64,000 nucleotides of DNA from Candidatus Hydrogenedentota bacterium (GTDB lineage Bacteria; Hydrogenedentota; Hydrogenedentia; Hydrogenedentales; SLHB01): positions 90,626 to 154,625 of the forward strand of contig BTWA01000011.1 in assembly GCA_045863295.1 (NCBI GenBank), read 5' to 3'. Positions 59,880 to 64,000 of this stretch are shown here, in pieces. The notes below the pieces were generated by a model. The model saw nothing but the letters and a program-made list of their open reading frames with translations. It searched no databases and was not told the DNA's origin. The stretch's first letter is position 1; each line of letters begins with the position of its first letter. A program made the translations under genes and the position numbers.

Positions 59880-61243
59880 AAGACAGCGCCCAGTGCCAGG
59901 AGTCTACGGTGTGTTTGATGAAATGCCGCAATCCGCACCACCGAGGCGGCGCAATTGGTCGCAAGCTGGCCAAGCGCTGCGCCTGTAGGTCCATAGGCCC
60001 GTGCGAGCCAAATGCCGCACAGAAGCATGGCGGCTAGCGCGACAATGTTGACTTTAAAATCGATGGCGGCCCGTTCCATCGCGAAAAGGCCCCGCGAGAA
60101 CGAGAAGCCAAGGGCGTTCACCGCAAGATTCAACGACAGAAGGGCGACAAGTGCGCCGTTGCCGGTGTACTTGGGGCCGTAGATGCCAGTCACAACCAAG
60201 TCGCCAAATAGAAACATAAACGCGCTAAACAAGAACAGCGAGCCGGAATACGCGGCCGCGGCTCGCTGAACCACCTGAACCAAACGTTCCACGCCGCCTT
60301 CAGCGAACGCATGCATGATATATGGGCCTAGAAAGTTCTGAATGCCCAGCATGAATGGGTTGATTATCGTAACCACCCCAAGAGCCGCCGCCCACGTGCC
60401 GGCCGAGGCGGCGCCGTGAAATCCGGCTACCAGCCAAGGGTACAGATTCATGCTGACACTCCAGATCAGCCCGCTCGCAAAGAGCCACTTGCCCGCCTGC
60501 CAACTGCGGCCAAAATCCGACACCGCGTTACGTAGACCCATCTGGATTTGCGTTCGAGCTGCACAGTACCAGCCCAAAGCACTCACGCCACATACGCCGC
60601 CAAGAGCCAGAAACGCGGTAGCGGGAGATAGACGGTTGTAATGACCTAGCACGGCAAGAGCCGCGATCTGGCCACAGGCCACTGCCAAATCGAAACACAA
60701 GGCATGGCCTACGGCCAGCCGTGCAAAACATATCTGGCGCACGAAGTCGCGCAACAACAACACGCTGATCGAAACCCCAAGTCCGAAGAGCATTGTCGAG
60801 AGCGCCGCCTCGTACCCGACCCAAGAGAGCAGGAGTCCCGCGAGCACGATGACCAAACCAGCGATCCCGCTCATACTCAGTTGCATGATGAGCGAACTTC
60901 CAGTAAAGCGAGCCCGCTCCGGCTCGGCGGTGCGCGGCAGATAGATGGTATAGGGTGTCGAAACCAACGCGCTCTGAAGCGTCATTAGAAACGTAAACAG
61001 ACTGAAGCCAAGCATGTAAAAGCCAAACTCTTCCTTCGAACAAATCCGACCGATCAGCACGCCGGTCAGAAACGTCGTTCCGCTGGCAACCATCTGATCG
61101 ATAATCGTAAGGCCGCCTCGCCGGAGGACTATTCGCAACCCATGGGACACACGGTGGCCAGGCATGCGGTTTTCCCCCAGCCTTGCTTCCAGTGGCGCCA
61201 CGAAATTCATGTCTATTTTCCTGCAACCAGGTTTAGTCAGCAC
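59876..61243 (-). CDS. Wzx-type oligosaccharide flippase
   Basis: DQ...SG..F......R....EFG.Y; 12 or more TM; G..GAA; start codon uncertain. Confidence 0.85.
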   Translation of the reverse strand: MLTKPGCRKIDMNFVAPLEARLGENRMPGHRVSHGLRIVLRRGGLTIIDQMVASGTTFLTGVLIGRICSKEEFGFYMLGFSLFTFLMTLQSALVSTPYTIYLPRTAEPERARFTGSSLIMQLSMSGIAGLVIVLAGLLLSWVGYEAALSTMLFGLGVSISVLLLRDFVRQICFARLAVGHALCFDLAVACGQIAALAVLGHYNRLSPATAFLALGGVCGVSALGWYCAARTQIQMGLRNAVSDFGRSWQAGKWLFASGLIWSVSMNLYPWLVAGFHGAASAGTWAAALGVVTIINPFMLGIQNFLGPYIMHAFAEGGVERLVQVVQRAAAAYSGSLFLFSAFMFLFGDLVVTGIYGPKYTGNGALVALLSLNLAVNALGFSFSRGLFAMERAAIDFKVNIVALAAMLLCGIWLARAYGPTGAALGQLATNCAASVVRIAAFHQTHRRLLALGAVL

Positions 61244-61953
61244 GCGCCGCGCTGGACCAGCACAGCCGGAATCGTGCGAACCAGAAGCGATATATCAAGC
61301 AAGAGCGACTGCTTTTCTATGTACTCGAGATCCAGGCGCACCCATCGATCAAAGTCTTTGTCGTGCCGGCTGGTCACTTGCCAGATGCATGTGATGCCCG
61401 GCTTCACATCCAAGCGGCGCCAGTGCCAATGGTTGTAGGCCTTCTCTTCGGTAACCGGCAGAGGACGCGGGCCAACTAGGCTCATATCCCCTTTGAGTAC
61501 ATTAATCAACTGCGGTAATTCGTCCAGGCTGGTTTTGCGGATAACCTTGCCAATGCTGGTGACGCGAGGATCGCGGGTCATTTTGAATGCGACGCCGCTG
61601 CGTTCGTTCAAATGCATCAGCTCCGCTTTTCGCGCTTCCGCGTCCACGGACATGCTGCGGAATTTGTACAACTTGAACGGTTTGCCGCCCCTGCCGCCCC
61701 GCAACTGCGTAAAGAACACGGGGCCAGGCGAGGTGATCTTGATGGCAAGTCCGATGGCAAGCATTACAGGCGCGAAGACCGTCAACGCAATCAACGCGAC
61801 CGTGAAATCCATGGTCCGCTTCCACCAGGGAAACGGCCGGGCGAACAATGCATGACCGGAGGCGTTGTGGACGTGCACGGTGTGATGTTGACTGCCCCGC
61901 GGGTGCGGCAATATGTACGGCGTAAATCCATTGTGATTTTGTGCGAGCGACAT
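61237..61953 (-). CDS. Priming sugar transferase (Bac_transf domain)
   Basis: KR.MD, GPVFF.Q.R.G, KFRSM, DPRVT..G...RKTSLDELPQL.NVL.GDMSLVGPRP, KPGIT..WQV. Confidence 0.96.
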   Translation of the reverse strand: MSLAQNHNGFTPYILPHPRGSQHHTVHVHNASGHALFARPFPWWKRTMDFTVALIALTVFAPVMLAIGLAIKITSPGPVFFTQLRGGRGGKPFKLYKFRSMSVDAEARKAELMHLNERSGVAFKMTRDPRVTSIGKVIRKTSLDELPQLINVLKGDMSLVGPRPLPVTEEKAYNHWHWRRLDVKPGITCIWQVTSRHDKDFDRWVRLDLEYIEKQSLLLDISLLVRTIPAVLVQRGAC

Positions 61954-61959
61954 GAAAGG

Positions 61960-62472
61960 TTATCCTTTGAGTTGACCGCTGGCCGCCGCGGCTGAACCGT
62001 TGGTGGGTTTACTTCCGGCTGCCTCTTCCGGGTAGCCGTGAACGACGAAGGAAAGCCTCGGCGCGGCCGCCGGCGTAGGCGAAGCCGCTGCATAATACTT
62101 TTGAAACAACACGTCAATGGGGCTGAACAGACTGGATGCGCTGACTTTGCTGGTGTAAGGAAGCAGCACGGCGGGCCGCGCTCCATACCAGCCCTTCGCG
62201 TCGCATACGCGCGTACGCTCGCCCAACGCTGCAATCAACGCCTTTTCCGCAAGTTCGATCTCTTCGTCCGAATGGGTGCCTTGAAAGGTAAATTCGATCA
62301 TGGAGAAAGCGTGGCCCGATCGATCGACCCGTGCCCGTTCAATTTGAAGTTGATTCTCGAATTCCTCGCGGGATAAAAAGTTCGCGGTTTCCTCCCGGTG
62401 AACATCGGTTTTCCGCCGGGAAAAAAAACGCAAAATGGCGGTTCGGTCGCGTCTTGGCAACTGATGGCTCAT
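61960..62472 (-). CDS. Degenerate GGDEF-like domain protein
   Basis: F...L..ER.R..RSG..FS and R..D..GWY....AVLLP.T scaffold without a GG(D/E)EF motif; AGAGG RBS. Confidence 0.6.
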   Translation of the reverse strand: MSHQLPRRDRTAILRFFSRRKTDVHREETANFLSREEFENQLQIERARVDRSGHAFSMIEFTFQGTHSDEEIELAEKALIAALGERTRVCDAKGWYGARPAVLLPYTSKVSASSLFSPIDVLFQKYYAAASPTPAAAPRLSFVVHGYPEEAAGSKPTNGSAAAASGQLKG

Positions 62473-62541
62473 ACTGATACCTCTTTGGGCCTTGTGCGTC
62501 CTGTCCTGCTGTGGTGTGCGCGCCGTGTTACCCGGCTGCCT

Positions 62542-63261
62542 CTACAGCCTCCGGTAAATGAAGTTGGGAATGTAATGACGACGCTTGTTCAGAACCACGC
62601 CCAGAAGGGTCCCATTCTGAGATTCGATTTGCTCGACAGCCTTGCGAATCACCTGCCAACGCGTTACGCCGGCATCCACGACCAACACCGAACCGTCGGC
62701 CACCTCGGAGACAAGTACTGCGTCTACCCCCTCGGAAAAGGGCTGGGTGTCGATGACAATCAGGTCGTATTCGGATCGCAACGCGCGCAATACAGGCCGA
62801 AAAAGGGGACTTGTAACGATGCCCGCGAGCGACTCCGGCGTCGCATTTAATTGACTCACGGAAATTGAGGGGCTCGTCAAGCGGTGAATGACTTCCGATA
62901 CCGGCGCGCCATCAAACACCACGCTTTCCCAACCGTGGGCAAGTTGCGGATCCCGGAGAATGAACTGCTGGCAACCGGATTGATGCGAACACAGCAAAAG
63001 CACGCGCAGTTTCAATTGGGTAGACGCCATGCGGGCCAATTCAAACGCATAGGTGAATGATTGCTCGGTTGACTGCAAGCCAGCGATGGAAACCACCTTT
63101 CCACCATCGCATTCGATAGTGGTTTCAATTCGCCGGTACAGCGCCATGAGCTTGTCGCTGAATGACCGAGGCACGGGCTGGGTTGGGCCGGGCGCTATGG
63201 CTGCGGGTTTTTCCGCGAAATCCGATCCGCTCAGTTGAAGGGCTTCGAATATCTTGCTCAT
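62542..63261 (-). CDS. CpsD/CapB-like tyrosine-kinase homolog lacking Walker A
   Basis: MSKIFEAL; YDLIVIDT.P; ADG.VLVV.AG.T; LGVVLN; C-terminal YIP..IY..L. Confidence 0.8.
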   Translation of the reverse strand: MSKIFEALQLSGSDFAEKPAAIAPGPTQPVPRSFSDKLMALYRRIETTIECDGGKVVSIAGLQSTEQSFTYAFELARMASTQLKLRVLLLCSHQSGCQQFILRDPQLAHGWESVVFDGAPVSEVIHRLTSPSISVSQLNATPESLAGIVTSPLFRPVLRALRSEYDLIVIDTQPFSEGVDAVLVSEVADGSVLVVDAGVTRWQVIRKAVEQIESQNGTLLGVVLNKRRHYIPNFIYRRL

Positions 63262-64000
63262 TGGGCGATCTCATCCATGGTAACGCCGGCCGGATCCGTT
63301 CCGGCATGTATCGCAGGATCTGGGAACAGCGCGGCCGCGTTGACCCATCCGGATTTCCAGAAAGTGCCCCCCAAGGCAGCCACAATCGCCGCTGCCGTTG
63401 TTAGGCGAGTGGCCCATTGCACAGCCGGCCGCCTACGGGGGGACGCGAAATCACGAACCACTTCGCGCACCACGCGTGGGGTGACCGGATTTACGCTGTG
63501 TCCCATTCCCGTAATCAGTGCGTTGTCGCACAGCACATTGATCATTCGAGGCAAGCCTCTGGCGGCCTTGGATATTGCACGCATGGCCGGCGCGGTGAAA
63601 ACCGACTCAGGCCGTCCGCCGGCTTTCTCGATCCGGTAGCGGATGTAGTCAATGCTCTCTGCCGCAGTCAATGGTTGCAGGCGAAAACGGACCGCAATGC
63701 GCTGACGTATTTGACGCAACCGTTCGTTCATCAGCAGGTCGTCCAACTCGGGCTGCCCCACAAAAACCACTTGAAGCAATTTGCCGTCGGCGACTTCCAT
63801 ATTCGAAATAAGGTGCATTTTGGACATCGTATCTACAGGTATGTGGTGCGCTTCATCGACAATCAATGCCACGATGCGGCCTTCCTTGCGTTCTCCACGA
63901 AGGGCATGGACCAGTGCCTGCAACATCCAGCGTTCATCCCGGCCCCTTCCGTCCACGCCCAGCGCATGCAAGAGGTAGCGAAGCAACCCGTCAAAGCTCA
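63258..64000 (-). CDS. ExeA/GspA-family AAA ATPase, C-terminal part; 5' end outside window
   Basis: LIVDEAH, GQPEL, RQRI..R..L.PL...E...YI..R, G.PR.IN.LCD.AL; C-terminal hydrophobic helix. Confidence 0.9.
   Translation of the reverse strand, partial: SFDGLLRYLLHALGVDGRGRDERWMLQALVHALRGERKEGRIVALIVDEAHHIPVDTMSKMHLISNMEVADGKLLQVVFVGQPELDDLLMNERLRQIRQRIAVRFRLQPLTAAESIDYIRYRIEKAGGRPESVFTAPAMRAISKAARGLPRMINVLCDNALITGMGHSVNPVTPRVVREVVRDFASPRRRPAVQWATRLTTAAAIVAALGGTFWKSGWVNAAALFPDPAIHAGTDPAGVTMDEIAQ

Noticed and set aside
1..64000. CRISPR arrays, tRNA/rRNA, IS elements, prophage
   Set aside because: No spaced direct repeats, cloverleafs, transposase, integrase or phage genes seen by eye; intergenic gaps are all about 200 nt or less

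Overview
GC-rich bacterial chromosomal window, almost fully coding (about 60 genes). I saw no rRNA, tRNA, CRISPR array, transposase or integrase. The organism is diderm (FadL-like outer-membrane protein, MsbA-like exporter, TonB-like protein); I cannot assign a lineage from sequence alone. Positions 1-50 kb mix housekeeping genes (surE, glmS, glgC, dps, rsmA, pfkA) with envelope and accessory genes. Positions 50.4-64 kb are a minus-strand Wzx/Wzy-type polysaccharide cluster that runs off the window. Best candidates for undescribed biology: (1) an ATGA-coupled operon of two dynamin-like GTPases plus a polytopic membrane protein (14864-19814); (2) a promoter- and terminator-bounded operon of zinc-ribbon and TPR proteins that includes an apparently dead phospholipase C/P1-nuclease fold (5291-8721); (3) a ~145-nt rod-like structured leader upstream of a sigma54 activator (35450-35593); (4) an SPFH-RHH operon with two paralogous membrane proteins and a TATCA-repeat operator; (5) a degenerate GGDEF-like ORF separated from the priming sugar transferase by one in-frame stop, next to a tyrosine-kinase homolog with no Walker A motif. 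All calls come from reading motifs by eye; no database searches or folding programs were run.
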